Positions 10,860 to 26,170 of a stretch of DNA of 64,000 nt are shown one piece after another. The DNA comes from Heterodontus francisci (taxonomy: Eukaryota). The notes beneath the pieces are model-generated. The model did not search any database. It was not told the origin of the DNA and saw nothing but the letters and a program-made list of their open reading frames with translations. The DNA lies in contig NC_090416.1 of the NCBI RefSeq assembly GCF_036365525.1, positions 18,200,945 through 18,264,944 on the forward strand, written 5' to 3'. A program made the position numbers and the translations under genes. Positions within the stretch are counted from its first letter, which is position 1. The number at the start of each line of letters is the position of its first letter.

Positions 10860-12580
10860 TGGCTTAACGAGAGTCAACTTGGGTCCCTTTAGAGACCGAG
10901 ACGGGCGAAATTCTGATGGGGAATAAGGAAATTCCAGGGATATTAATTGTACTTTGTATCTGCCTTCACAGTAGAAGACACAAAAAAAATTCCAGAAATA
11001 GTGGGCAACCAAGGGTCCAGTGAGAATGAACTTAAACATTGGTGAAGAAATTGTAGTGGAGAAATTAATAAGACTCAAAGCTAATAAATCCTCTGGACAT
11101 GATAGCCTGCATTCTAGAGTTTTAAAAGAGGTGGCTACAGTGATAGAGGGTACTTTGGTTTTGATTTTAAATACCTATATTCTGGAACAGTCCTCATGGA
11201 TTGGAAGATAAGAAACACAAAAAAGCAGGGAGTGAGAATACAAGCAACTACAAGCCAGTTAGCCTGATATCTTACAATAGAATCATAGAAATTTATGGCA
11301 CAGAGGAGGCCAGTCAGCCATATGGAAAATGCTAACATCTATTGGGACATGATGACAGCACTTAGAAATTCATAATCTGGGCAGAATCAACACAGATTTA
11401 TCAAAGGGAAATCAGGTTTGACTAATCTGTTAGAATTCTTTGAGGTTGTAACAAGCAGGTGGATATGGGGGAACCAGTAGATGTAGTGTATTTGAATTGT
11501 CAAAAGGCATTTAATAATGTACTACACAAGAGGTTATTCAAAGTTAGGGCTCATGGGATTGGCGATAATGTATTAGCATAAATTGAAGATTGGTTAAAGT
11601 ACAGACAAGAGTAGGAATAAATGGGACATTATACAAATGGCTCGTATTGCAGTCACTGAAAGAATCGGTGCTTGTGGCTCAGCTATTTATAATCTGTATC
11701 AATGACTTAGATGAGACTGAGTGTAATGTATCCAAGTTTGCTAACGATACAAAGTTAGGTGGGAAAGTAAACTGAGGAGGACGCAACGAGGCTGCAAAGG
11801 AATTTAGACAGGTTAAATGAGAATGTCGCAGGTGGAACACAATGTGCAGAAGTGTGAAGTTATCCACTTTGGTGGGAAAAATAGAAAAGTAGCCTTTTTT
11901 TTATAAATAGTGAGAGACTGGAAAATGTTGGTGTTCAGGGAACAGGGAGGGTTGGTTATCTTGGTAGAGGAATCACAAAGTTAACCTGCAGGTCCAGCAA
12001 GCAATTGGGAAACCAAATGGTATGTTAGCCTTTATTAGAAAGGGATTGGAGTATAAGAGTAAAAAAGTCTTACTACAGTTGTATGGGACCTTGATGAGAT
12101 CACACATGGAGTACTGAGTAGAGTTTTAGTCTAAGGAAGGATAAACTTGTCTTAGAGGGGGTACAGTGAAGGCTACTTGCCTTGATTCCTGGAGTGAGGA
12201 GAGATTGAGTAGACAAGGTCTATATTCTCTAAAAGAGTGAGAGAATATAGAATTCTGATTCATGATAGAAGCTGGGGGGGATGTTTTCCCCAGGCTGGAG
12301 AATCTACAACACAGCGTCACAGTCTCAGGAGAATGGGTCAGTCAATTAGGACAGAGGTGAGAAATTTCTTCGCTCAGAGGGTTGTGAATCTTTGGAATTC
12401 TCTTCCCCGGAAGGCTGTGGCTGCTCAGTCGATGAGTATATTCAAGACAGAGTGATTAGGATTCAAGGAATAGGAGGATTGTGTGGGAAGGGGTAGCTGA
12501 GGTAGCAGATTCACCACGATCTTAGTGAATGGTGGAGCAGGCTTGAAGGACAAAATGGCTGACTCCTCCAATTTCTGATG
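10860..12580 (+). mobile_element. CR1 LINE ORF2 (RT) remnant
   Basis: Fragments LKANKSSGHDSLHSRVLKE, INDLDE..VSKFANDTKLGG, FFAQRVVNLWNSLP with many stops and frameshifts. Confidence 0.85.
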
Positions 12581-12779
12581 AGATGCCACTGATATGTGGG
12601 ACCAAGGGGAAGGATAGACGAAGGGGAAGGCTAGAAAATGAACAAGGATATAAAGTCTGGGATGACAGATTTCATGGGATCCTTTCCTACCACCTTTTTG
12701 AAGGAACATTTAAATATAAGTCTACTCCTGTTTAAACATCCTTTCAGCTTCTCACACCTCTTCCACCTTTGCCATATAT

Positions 12780-13730
12780 CCGTTAATGCCCTTCCCTAAT
12801 CCGAATCAAAATACCAATCCCAGTCTTTAAAGTTTCAACTGACCCAGCATCCCTAGCCTTTTGGGGAGAGATTTCTACTGTCCTTTTGTCTGAATAAATA
12901 CTTCTTGGTTTAACCCTTAAATGACCTAGTTGTAATTTTAAGATTGCACCTACTTGTTCTGGATTCTGCCCCCAGAGGAAATAGCTTCTACAGTGTCGAA
13001 TCATTTCAGCCATCTCAATTCGATCACCCCTCAACTTTCAAAACTCAAGGCAATACAAGCCAAGAAACATAAATTCATGGCACCGAAAGAGGCCATTCAG
13101 TCCATTGTACCTATGCCAGCCGCCAAAGTGTTCTCCAGCCTAATCCAACTTTCTATGCTTTGGCCCATAGCCTTGTCGGTGAAAATGGAACTATTTTTTA
13201 TATGTGGTGATTTCTCATAATTTAACCCTCGAAGTACTGGTATCATTGTGGAGAATCTGCATTGCACCCACTCTGTGGCTATTTTATCTTTCTGGAATTG
13301 CAGTGTCAAGAATTGAACTCAGTACTCCAGATGGGGTCTAACCAAAGCTCTGTATGAATGAATCACAACGTCCTCGCCTTTGTATTCCAGCTCCTTTGAA
13401 GTAAAGGCTTATATTCCATCAGCCTTGTGATTACATTTTGTATCTGTCTTCTAGGGATTTCTGTACCTGGTGACCCAACTCCCTTTGTTCCTTCACAGTG
13501 CCTTTTATAAAATATTTTGATATGTTCTTGGATCCAAAGCTTGGATGACTTTGCGCTTCCCCACACTGAACTCCATCAGCCAAAGTTTTGTGCACTCGCT
13601 TAATCTGTCCCTTTGTAACTTCCTGCTCTCAGTTACACAATTGCCTTTGCCTCCTAATTTAGTGTCCTCTGAAAATTTGTATTCACAACTCTCAGTTCCT
13701 TTATCCAAGTCATTGATACATAGTGAAAAA
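12780..13730 (-). mobile_element. CR1 LINE remnant(s), tail-to-tail with the previous copy
   Basis: INDLDKGTESCEYKFSEDTKLGG and MRGDRIE fragments on the minus strand. Confidence 0.75.
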
Positions 13731-14213
13731 CTTTTCCTCATTACCATTTTTTTTACGGTGTTACATCTGATATGTTTTTTCCTCGTACCACTGAATTTTG
13801 TCGACCTCCTCTACTGAAAAACAGACAGAAACTTTTATTTTAACAAGTCTGCTATTTCCCTGTTATCTGTTATAGTCTTATCTGCATCTGTCCTTAATTG
13901 GCCTGCATTCCACACCACCACTAAACTGTCTCACCCCCAATATCACCTGTGGGGAAAAAGATGAAGTACTTTCTTACTGCCTCAAACCCACAACCTCCTT
14001 TGCAGCAGAAACTCACCCAGTTCCTTTTTGAAGGCGCCAGTTGACCCTGAACCAGCCAGCTTCTTTGGGAGTCTGTGCCATGTCCACTGTCCTGTCGGTA
14101 GGTGTTCCCTTTAACATGTAATCGTGCTCGAGGCTTGTTTTATGTTGTGCAGTGGCAGTTTTTGGATTGATTAGGAGCTCATGCTAATTCCAAAGCAAAT
14201 GAGAACAAAATGA

Positions 14214-14444
<231 letters not shown>

Positions 14445-15485
14445 TAGTTTGAATCAACTTTTCAAAGCTGAGCTTCCACCAGAAATTCAGCTGTGCAATT
14501 CTTTGGGGAAGTGGTTACTGCGAAAACATGAGGTGGTGTTTCCATTATAAAATTTGTAGAATTTCAATTTAGGGGCTCTCTGCTCGAAGCTTCTTGGTGC
14601 CGCACCCCTCCCACCACCACCACCACCCAAACCCAAATGATACTTTGTCTTGGAGGTACTGAGTCGGTACCTGGGTATAAGCCCACCTGCTGTATCTGTA
14701 CTGCATCCATGTGCCTAAGCAGTGTGCTTGCAGACTATTCAGTCGTGGGCAGCATTACAGCTGATGTAATTCTGATTCCATCCTCACTGATTTGGGCATT
14801 TTGCAAGCAGAATCATAGGATAATGACGAGAAGTGGTAATTCTGGATAATTTCTTCTCTTTTCTCCTTCCACTCCCAAATTGTAATTCTCCTACCACGGA
14901 CTGCATAACCTAGTTGATTCAGCAAGATTCAGGAATCCAACCTTTTGCTTCCTGGAAAAAGTCGCATGGACTGTCTTCTCCCTATATGAAGTTGCCCTTC
15001 TCAACCAAAATGGTCTAGTTTGGGAATTCTCACAAAGCTACAGAAATTGATCCCTGTTCTACCACATTGCCACAACACACTGGAGCAATGACTCCTAAAG
15101 CTGCTGTTTTAGTTGACTCCTTTCAGGGATGGGCAGTGTCTCTCTTCAGCATGCTTTTTAAGTTAGTCAGCCTGGCACAATGTGGACTTTGGTAGATCGC
15201 TGACAGAAAGCAAATGACACTTTATAGATGTTCAACGCCACCCAGTTGGTCATGTACTTTTGGAAGTCGGATTGCTGCAAATGGGCTTCCTGGTTGTTCT
15301 GAAGTTGTCATTCCCACTGCAATTAATATAGCAGCCTTGGACTCGAGGTCTTCCTTGCTGTCTGTGATGTTACTGGTGTGACCAGGAGGCAGGAAGTTTG
15401 GCTGCTCTTGAAGTCATAATTTATACAAACACTTGAAATAAACCTACATTGTAACTTTACTAATAGAGATGTTGCTGTTTACTAG

Positions 15486-15790
<305 letters not shown>

Positions 15791-16851
15791 ATGCAGCTGT
15801 TACTGTTGGGTTTAAGTTTTAACATGAAAAATAAAAACCATTGTTAGCACAAAGAGGAGTAATTACTTGACACCCTGTGACCTTTGGCAGACATCGACAC
15901 TGATCCCTTGCTCCTATTGCCATTTCAATCTTTCTTTGACAGCTAAGGGCATGGAGAGTTGAGTGTGAATCCATTTTTCCTGGTCATTTTCCTCTTCCAC
16001 ACATGGCTAGTGATTTTTCTCCATGTTGTGTAGTTTATTAGTGTCATGCCATCCTGTGTCAGTAGCCCAGTTGCTTGCACCCTGTAAAAGCCCTCCACTC
16101 CCCAGAGTGATCTGCAGCCACCTGTCAGATTTCAACACTTTCTATGCAGACTGTACATCTGCATATGGTCAAGTGATGTCTTGTTCCTAAGCTTGGATGT
16201 TCTCCTGCAGTCTCACAAGGGCGAGGGAATGAAGGTAGGTAGGTTGTTGTTGATTACAGTCTATGTAATTATGTTTGCAAGTAGAGTGGCCTTTATCTCC
16301 TCTCTGCCCTATCTGTAGCTGGCAGGCTGGCATTCTTCTCCCAGGCTCCTTCTAGGACTGTTGTGAAGGAGTCCATAGCTGCGCACTTGGTATGACCGGA
16401 TCATTTTTCTCTTTTGGGGTCTCTGCAGTACTACCTTTACACAGCTGCTGCATTAGTGATTTTTTTTTTTTAAAGGGGCCCCAGTAAGATTCCCTATCTT
16501 TTTTTTTGAAGACTGCAGCTCCCCTGATAAAGCTGCCTCTTGAGTCATACTGGGAGGCAGAGCCTGTGTTTGACTTGATACCAGCTGATCTTGTCCAGGG
16601 CACTACAACTTGCTGCAGCACTCCTGGGTTAGGCAACAGAAAATGCAAGTTTGTGGGCTTTGAATAACAGCAGATTTGGGTTTGTGAGGCCCTGCACAGT
16701 TATGGACTGCTGACTCTCACTTGTCAGGACTCTCAGTCAAGAATGACATTGTCCCCTTGGAATTCCAAGCCGCTATGGAATTTAATATCTGCGGTGGAGG
16801 GGGAGCTGCAGAGCCACTTTGTGTCCATATTTTGCCATGGCCAAATTTTAA

Positions 16852-17040
<189 letters not shown>

Positions 17041-17940
17041 TAAATGTGTTAACACTTCAAACCTTCAGGCCGGTCACAGGGATGACTTTCTTGCCAGTGT
17101 GACTGTGCGTGGTATTTGAAGACTTGGTGTATGTGGAAATAAAGACTTTTGAAAAACAGCAAGGTCATAAAATATTTAGCATCAAATCCCTAATACATGC
17201 TTATCTAATTCGGCATGTCGGGATGTTATCGTAGCTAGTCAGGGATGAGAAAAAATAAACTCATTTAGCCTTTGAGCCATCTGTCTGTCACATGAACTCT
17301 CTTCTGTTATGGCATCTAATAGTTTTCAAAATAATCCTTATGTTTTAGTCACTGTGACCTTGCTTGCAGCTTATTGCAAAAGTTAATTGCTCTTTGGATA
17401 AACTTCCCCATGTGATCTGATGTAAATTCACTTTCTCTTCCTGTCCTCAGGTTCTATTCTTAATCCACTTTGAAGTAATCCACATTATCTATCTATGACA
17501 AGTAACATTTCATGTACCTAGCAAATCATCCAACCCATTTTTTCCTGTGGTGTAAACCATCAGCTTCTCAAACTTCCCTTGTGCCCCATTCATTTACATT
17601 TGGGGATTGGTCTTGTTGCTGTTCATTGTTCCCTCTGATGCAATTATATTTTTGAGCAAAACTAGACACTCAAGAAAAGTACAAGTACTAGAAATGCCCA
17701 ACAAATTCATCATTATTTGAGAAAATGAAACAGGTTAACATTCTGGGCTTAGACCTAATGTCAAGCGCTCTTAGTCTATTCTGACGAAGGATCTGAAACT
17801 GAAATGTTAACCTGTATTTCACTTTTCAGATTCTGGTTTGTACGTACCATTGTTCAGCATGTAACAGACTCTCCGACCTCCACTCTGCTCTAAAGATCAC
17901 CCTCGGGTAAAATGTAATTGTGTTTTCTCCTTGCCCTCAG

Positions 17941-18006
17941 TGGAAGCTGTTGCTGCTCTGGGTAACAAAGTGGTGGAAACCCTCCGGAGCCAGGAACCCT
18001 CTGAAA
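17941..18006 (+). CDS. ILF2: ILF2 exon 7
   Basis: (L)EAVAALGNKVVETLRSQEPSE, 66 nt. Confidence 0.96.
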
Positions 18007-18519
18007 GTGAGTGCTTGCTTAATTGTCTGCAGTCTTTGTTTCACCATTTTTAAGTTCTTTCTGTATTTGATTTTCGAGTTGTGACTGGGGTTCCTGATCT
18101 GCTTTTTCTGGCACGAGGGGTATTAGGTCAGCGGTGAGCCCACCAATGCTGCAGTTAGAAGCACAGTGTGAATGATGGAAGCTGGTCGATCTCCTGTGGC
18201 TTTGTACTCAGTCAGGACAAAGAAAATTTTCTTTGAGTTTATAAGTCACGCTGTAGGTATTATTATCACACCTGCAGTTTCTGAGGCTCCTTGACTTGTG
18301 CAGTCGCAGACATGGCTGTGTCACACAGCGGCAATGCTGAAATGAAGTGTGCATTACATAAATAGCAAGTTAATGTATTATCGCTGAATTTTTAAAAATA
18401 CCTTGAGCAGGGACCGAGCTTGCAAACTGTTTTATTGGTTGTTGAAGCTAAATGAGAAACAGTCCTCTGAACCCAGACACTTGAAAGTGCCGTCACTGCC
18501 ACCAGTAAAGATCCTAGAT

Positions 18520-21490
18520 GCTGTACAAACTGGATGGTTAGCACCTCAATAGGGCCAGGACCAATATCCTTGCCGGGAGGTTTGCTAGTACTGTTGGGCA
18601 GGGTTTAAACTAGTTTGGCAGGGGGATGGGAACTGGTAGACTCGGATGGGGCAAAATCAGAAATGGAAATCAGAAAAAAAATTAGTGAGCAAGTCTGGAA
18701 GGCAGAGGAAACAAAGGATAGAAAAATTTTTTTTGCTGTGCTCAAGGGTATAATAGCTCAATGCAAGGAGTATAGCAAAGTAAAAACAAGCTGAGGGGAC
18801 AGATAGAAAGGTGGCAGTATGATAGCTATTACAGAAACATGGTTTAAAGAGGGACAGGAATGATGACAGTTCAACGTTCCTGGTTACAGGGTTTTCAGAC
18901 GAGATTGAGAGGGGGATTAAAAAGGGAGAGGGTGGCAGTTTTAGTTAGAGAAGAAATTACAGGTGTTATGAGGGATATGTTGGCAGGATCATCAATTGAG
19001 GCCATATGGATTGAGCTTAGGAACAAAAAAGGGGCAATCACACTAGGAGTGTACTATAGACCCACGAACAGAGGGAGATAGAAGAGCAAAAAGGTTGGCA
19101 AATCTCAAGTGCAAAATCAATAGGGCAATAATTTTAACTATCCAGATATTAACTGGGATAGCTTTGGTAAAAAGAATGGAGGGAACCGAATTCTTAAGGT
19201 GCATTCAGGAGAACTTTTTTTAGTCAGTATGTAGCAAGCCCAACAAGAGAGGGCGCAGTTCTGGACTTTGTTTTTGGTGATTATCATTCAATTAGATTTA
19301 ACATAGTTATGGAAAAGGACAGATGTAGAACAGGTGTTAAGGTTCTAAATTGGATAAGGCCAATTTTACTAAGCTGAGAGGTGATTTAGCAAAAGTGGAC
19401 TGGAAACAGCTACTTGAAGATAAATCAGTGGAGGCATTCAAAGGAGAGATTCAGGGGGTTCAAAGTAAACAAGTTCCCACAAAGAAAAAGGGTGGGATGG
19501 CCAAATCTAGAGCCCGCAGATGTCAAAGAGTTTACAAGGTCTGATAAGGCAGGAAAGGAAAGCTTATGTCACACACAGAGAACTCAATACTACAGAAAGC
19601 CGAGAGGAGTGTAGAAAGTGGAGGTAGGAAATTAAGAAAGCAAAGAGTGGGTATGAAAGAATATTGACAAGTAAAATCCAGGAGAACCCAAAGATGTTTG
19701 ATCAATACATTTAAGAGTAAGAGGATAAGGAAGAAAAGAGTCGGGCCCATAAAAGACCAAAAAGATAACGTGTGTGATCGTGGCAGATGTGGGTATGGTT
19801 CTTAATGAATATTTGGCTTCTGTCTCCACAAAAGAGGGGAAGATGCAGACATTGTAGTTAAGGAGGAGGAATGTGAAGTATTAGATGTAATAAACATAGG
19901 GAGAGAGGAAATATTAAAGGGGATTAGCATCTGTGAAAGTGGATAAATCACTAGGGCCAGATAAAATGTCCCCCATGCTGTTAAAAGAAGCTAGGGAGGA
20001 AATAGCGGAAGGTCTGACCATGATTTACCAATCCTCACCGGATACAGGTGTGATGCCAGAGGATTGGAGGTCTGCTAACATACCTTTGTTTAAACGGGGA
20101 GCAAGGGATAGACCGAATAATTACTGGCCAGTCAGTATAATCTCAGTCGTGGGCAAATTATTGGAATCAATTCTGAGGGATAGGATAAACTGTCACTTAA
20201 AAAGGCACTGATTAATCAAGGGTAGTCAGCGTGGATTTGTTAAGGGAAGGTCGTATCTGACCTGATTGAATTTCTTGAAGTAACAAGGCAAATTGACGAG
20301 GGTAGTGCAGTTGATGTTGTCTACGTGGATTTTAGCAAGGGTTTTGACAAGGTCCCAAGTGGCAGACTGGTTTTAAAAAAAAAAAAAGACCATGGGATCC
20401 AGGGGAATGTAGCAAGCTAGGTAGAAAATTAGCTCAGTGGCAGGAAACAAAAGGGTAATTGTTGACGGGTGTTTTTGTGACTGGAAGGCTGTTTTCACTG
20501 GGGTGCTGCAGGGCTCAATACTAGGTTCCCTGCTTTTTGTGGTATATATTAACGGTTTGGATGTAAATGTGGGGGAATGATCAAGAAGTTTGCAGACGAC
20601 ACAAAAATTGGCTGTGTGATTGATGCTGAGGAGGATCGCTGTCGACTGCAGGAAGATATCAATGGACTGGTCAGGTGGGCAGAAAAATGGCAAATGTAAT
20701 TTAACCCAAAGAAGTGTGAGGTGATACATGTGGGGAAGTTAAGGCAAAGGAATACACAATAAATGGGACGATACTGAGAGGTGTAGAGGAAGTGAGGGAC
20801 CTTGGAGTGTATGTCCACAGATCCCTGAAGATGACAAGACAACTCAGTAAGGTGGTTTAGAAGGCATATGGGTTCCATTCCTTTCTTAGCCAATGTATAG
20901 AATATAAGAGTAGGGAGGTTTTGTTGGAACTAGGTAAAACATTAGTTAGGACACAACTTGATTACTTTGTGCAGTTTTGATCACCTCATTACAGAAAGGA
21001 TATAATTGCACTCGAGAGGGTACATAGGAGATTTATGAGGATGTTGCCAGGACTGGAAAATTGCAGCGATGAGGAGAGATTGGATAGGCTGGGATTGGTC
21101 TCCTTGGAACAGAGAAGGCTGAGGGGGAATTTGATTTGAGACGTACAAAAATTGTGAGGGACCTGGATAGAGTGGTTGGGAAGGGCCTATTTACCTTTTG
21201 CAGAGAGGTCAGTGACGAGGGAGCAGAGATTAAAAGTGATTGGTAGAAGGATTAGAGAGTTGATGAGGAAAGATTTTTTTCACCCAGAGGGTGATGGAGG
21301 TCTGGAACTCGCTGCCTGAAAGAGTGGAAGAGGCAGAAAACCTCATTTCATTTAAAAGCTGCATGGATGTACACCTGAAGTGCTGTAACCTGCAGGGTTA
21401 CAGACCTAATACTGGAAAGTGGGATTAGGCTTGGGTGGCTTTATTTTTCAGCGGGCGCAGACATGTGCAGTAAATTTTGATTCTACGAAT
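18520..21490 (+). mobile_element. CR1 LINE, end of ORF1 plus most of ORF2, decayed
   Basis: APE endonuclease fragments (EAIWIELRNKKGAITLGVYYRP), RT fragments (KSLGPDKMSPMLLKE..PEDWRSAN; aagtttgcagacgacaca = KFADDT) and 3' tail. Confidence 0.9.
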
Positions 21491-22205
21491 GAGTTTGGAC
21501 TGGCCACTACTAAGTTTGTAAGTGAGCACAGTCTTCAGAGCAAACTGCCCTCCATCTGGGGGTAAATTGCCAAACTTGCTCCGAGAGGCAATAAGCATGG
21601 CTGCTGTGGGTAATGTTTCCTCGGTGCTGAAGGAAGTAATATGAGGTTGCAGTTATTTCTCCTTTGCCTTTTGTCTGACCTCTGTCACTCAGCATTGGTG
21701 ACGTCAGGAGCTCAGTGGAGAGGTGCACAGAAACCTTTACTGCCATCCAGAGCACTATTAAGGACAGGTTTGTACCAATGACCGAATGGATAAAGGCGCT
21801 ATTAGAAGCACAATTAATCTTGATACTGCTGGCTTGGAAGAGCAACATTCATCCAGGGGTCCAGCTCCTGATCACTGTCTAGTCACCCTTATTAGAATAG
21901 GCTGGGGTGTAGATTTTGGGTGAAGACCTCTGCACTTGAATGGCCTACCCAACAATTTGCGCCTGGCCTGGCACCTGAGGATAGTTTTTTTTTAAAAACT
22001 AGGTACGAGAGGAATCTCAGCACTTCTGTAGCTGTATCCCTGTGTTTTCAGGATCTGGTGGAGGAAATTGAGGGGTGGTGATGTTGGAATTGCTGCTTAT
22101 ATGGATATATGTAAGCTGTTACATCATAAAGTTCTCAAACCATGGAGGATGCATTTTCAGGGAGACCATGAGAAGTGAAGTGTTACAAAAGGCTTTGTGT
22201 GTTAG

Positions 22206-22376
<171 letters not shown>

Positions 22377-22559
22377 TGAACGTTTTTAAAATTTCAGTGT
22401 GTGGTTTAACTTGTACAATGCTGCATACTTCCCAAAATGTAGAGTTAACCCTAAAGTAACTTGGCTGCCAACTAGCGTGGACATGGCTTATAGTGACTTA
22501 ATACTCCAGGGTAATCGCATCCAATCAATTAAGCTCTTGTGAAGAGTGTAGATCAGCTC

Positions 22560-22765
22560 ACCAGAGAGAACTCCCGTGCTAAGGGATCTTTTACTGATCG
22601 GGCAGATGCAGCCTTGGTTAACGTCTCATCCACAAGCCGGCACCTTCGAAAGTGCAGCATTCCCTCAGTGCTGGGAATTTCAGCCTGGACTTTGTGCTTA
22701 AGTCTTTGGAGCGGGACCTAAACCCATGACTGTGAGAGGAGGGTGCTACCCACTGCTAACACTCA
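22560..22765 (-). mobile_element. Deu-domain SINE 5' part
   Basis: gggatctttta..gggcagatgcagccttggttaacgtctcatcc..agtgcagcattccctcagt matches the reverse of the Deu-SINE core. Confidence 0.6.
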
Positions 22766-23077
22766 AAACTTGGCCTTCTGGAGTGGAGCTGATTGTATAG
22801 TATTGTAATTTTGATATTTCATTGGTGTTTTCTGCTATTCATGGTCACCTTTACAACATTTCAGTTTATAATGCGTATCTGTTTGTCATCTATGAAGATT
22901 GGGAAATGTTAATTGAATGGAATCAAATTGGGATGTGAATTTCTGATAACTCAACTCTAGGCAGTGAGTGCAGTTAGCTAAATAGCTGTGAAAGATTGCT
23001 TTTGATCCCCTTCTTGTCCATTGTTCACACGTGTACAGTCCAGCAGGGAGTCAATGGGTAACAACTGAGCAAGAGCC

Positions 23078-23727
23078 ATTGCTGATTCTTGCCCTTACCA
23101 GCCCAAGGTTGTTGCTGTGGCTGCCCCCACTAAGACAGGAATCAAACCTGGGACCTACTGATCTGTATGGCTCAAAAGTGAAACACTGCAGGAGTTTGTC
23201 AAATTAAATATTCATGCTTAAATTCCATTTTGTTATATTAAAAAAAATTGTCAGGCCCATAAAATGGGGAGAATATGTTCTTTTTTCTTTTGGGCCTCCT
23301 TATCTCGAGAGACAATGGATACGCGCCTGGAGGTGGTCAGTGGTTTGTGAAGCAGCGCCTGGAGTGGCTATAAAGGCCAATTCTGGAGTGACAGGCTCTT
23401 CCACAGGTGCTGCAGAGAAATTTGTTTGTTGGGGCTGTTGCACAGTTGGCTCTCCCCTTGCGCCTCTGTCTTTTTTCCTGCCAACTACTAAGTCTCTTCG
23501 ACTCGCCACAATTTAGCCCTGTGCTTATTGCTGATTCTTGCCCTTACCAGCCCAAGGTTGTTGCTGTGGCTGCCCCCACTAAGACAGGAATCAAACCTGG
23601 GACCTACTGATCTGTATGGCTCAAAAGTGAAACACTGCAGGAGTTTGTCAAATTAAATATTCATGCTTAAATTCCATTTTGTTATATTAAAAAAAATTGT
23701 CAGGCCCATAAAATGGGGAGAATATGT
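23078..23727. repeat. 201-bp direct repeat (23078-23278 and 23527-23727) flanking an RTE insert
   Basis: Two copies offset by 449 nt; no mismatch found by eye. Confidence 0.93.
23279..23526 (-). mobile_element. 5'-truncated RTE LINE 3' end (248 bp)
   Basis: Reverse complement closely matches ~44358-44607 of the long RTE copy, including tgtctctcgagataaggaggcc and the GA/A-rich tail. Confidence 0.9.
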
Positions 23728-23945
23728 ATTGCAGCAGAATATGGTCGAAATTAGAGGATGGAATGGGGCGGTTTGACCCATCAGGTCTGTGCTGGTGCAG
23801 GCTGTGCTACTCGTAGCTTCAATCCCATTTCCCTATGTTGTCAAATACTGACACAATTGACTTTTACATGACAAAGCTAATTAATTAGCATTCTTGCTGT
23901 CAACATGTTAATCCAGGATATCAAAAGACAGTGTGTAATGTATGA

Positions 23946-24119
<174 letters not shown>

Positions 24120-24221
24120 TAAGTCAGCACCTGTTTCATCCCCTAGGGAAAACCTTTCCTACTGAAGGTTGTACCAGCTGAATGCACTATTCTACACTCC
24201 AGTCTTTATAACTGCATTGGT

Positions 24222-24568
24222 CATAGAATCATTGAGAGATACAGCACCGAAACAGGCCCTTCGGCCCACCAAGTCCGTGCCGACCATCATCCACCCATTT
24301 ATACTAATCCTATATTAATCCCATTTTTCCCTCTCACATCCCCACCTTCCATCAATTCTCCTACCACCTACCTACACTAGGGGCAATTTTTTTACAATGG
24401 CCAATTTACCTATCAACCCATAAGTCTTTGGCATGTGGGAGGAAACTGGAGCACCCGGAGGAAACCCACGCAGTCACAGGGAGAACTTGCAAACTCCGCA
24501 CAGGCAGTACCCAGAGCTGAACCCGGGTCACTGGAGCTGTGAGGCTGCGGTGCTAACTACTGCGCTGC
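24222..24568 (-). mobile_element. V-SINE (HE1-like)
   Basis: Same head, V-domain and tail as the copies at 5872-6541. Confidence 0.85.
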
Positions 24569-24734
24569 TGGTGCTAATGATTTTGATTTTGTGTAACCCA
24601 CTAAAATCTACATGTCTTTTCAAGCCTGCTACTATAATATTCATCTTGTGAATGTTCTCATTGTTGAGGAGGAAATGTTAGTGGCACACATAATGGAACC
24701 TATTCCATTTCATACTCTCAGTATTCACATCAAG

Positions 24735-24956
24735 TGTCCCCAAAACAGGTAAATATTGGCTAGATTAAAAGTGCCGTTGCTGCCCCATCAAACTCTGGCA
24801 AATCGCGTACAGAAGGGGTAGATGCAGATTTAAGTTCCTTGCGTTGCTTCTTCAGACACTCCCAAGGCAGGTGCAGCATGGCTTAGTACAGAGTAAAGCT
24901 GCTGCTACACTGTCCCATCAAACAGTCCCAGGGCAGGTACAACACAAGTTAGATAA
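24735..24956. repeat. Degenerate ~65-bp tandem repeat (~3.5 copies)
   Basis: Recurring cccatcaaac..cccagggcaggtaca..tagat motifs at about 65-nt spacing. Confidence 0.45.
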
Positions 24957-25768
24957 GTTCTTGAACCTATTATGTGCCTGTGCACCCATTGCTGTATTGC
25001 GAACTTTTCCTGATCCCTCAATTGTAGCTCCCCAATTGCTGGTCTGCAAATAATTAGATAATGCAGCCTAGACGAGGAGTCTCAACCAAGTATGCAGGGC
25101 AGTGCATTTACTATTGCTGTTCTTGTAAGAATGGCTGAGGTGAATGCAGGAAACAGGGATTGAGTCACCAATCTTGTGACTCGCTGTTTCTTGTAACAGC
25201 CAACAAATTTGGCAGGCACCATCAGTAGCAGCTAAGCACATTCATTGTATCATGAGATGTCTTTACAGTCGGTTTTATTGGGAGCGCTAAACTGTTAAAC
25301 TCAGTGGGTTTGTGTTTAAACCTAAAAGTCAGTGGAGACCAATATCACTTGAGAGGGAAGATATAATTCAGTTCTAGATTTAGGAAAGCATTCCTTTTAC
25401 AAAGAATGTTTGTATTCAGTTGCAGTAAATTTTCTCTGCTCATGTACACACGGAATAAAGCAGGGATAGCCAAGCTCTGTGCTTGGGCCCACGAACCCTA
25501 TGCAACACAGCTGTTACTTTGCTTATGCTGTTTGCAGGTTTATTCTGTTTGATTTTCATAGCCCTGGAGGTTTGGAATGGCCTCTTCCTGCCCTGGTCCC
25601 TCATTGATGAATAACACCTAAATCGGAGACCAAGATTGCTATTGTCAGCAGTTTGTGGTGTATACGAGTTAACTGGGATATTTGATTTTAAACTGTGGGG
25701 CCCTGAGCCTCCTTGCTGTACAGCTAAATAGTTCACCAAGACAAAGGGTTTGGACGCTGCTGGAATAA

Positions 25769-25891
<123 letters not shown>

Positions 25892-25929
25892 TGACAGCAG
25901 CTCCAGTCGCACATTTGTCTGGCTGTAAA

Positions 25930-26170
25930 AGCCTGTGACAGCTCAGTGAGCTAATCCAGTGCTGAGTTAGCTGGTGGAAGCCTGTAAAGGGCTACAGTTG
26001 GCCTCGACCCTCTTGGGTGAGGAAGGTGGAAATTGGCCAGCACTCCTCGTGATTGCCATACGGTAATCCCTGCTGGAGGCATTGCGTGTGTGCTGGACGA
26101 GGGTGGGGCCTGGCTTGAGAAATAGCCTGTCAGCACCTCACTGTTGAGGCCCACACATAAATCAGCAGTT
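25930..26170 (+). mobile_element. Old dispersed repeat, probably an ancient SINE
   Basis: Weak similarity by eye (gctcctgat..ccctgctgga..tgtgtg..gaggacagg) to ~21850-21980, ~31500-31720, ~55440-55540 and, reversed, ~23030-23170; family not identified. Confidence 0.35.
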
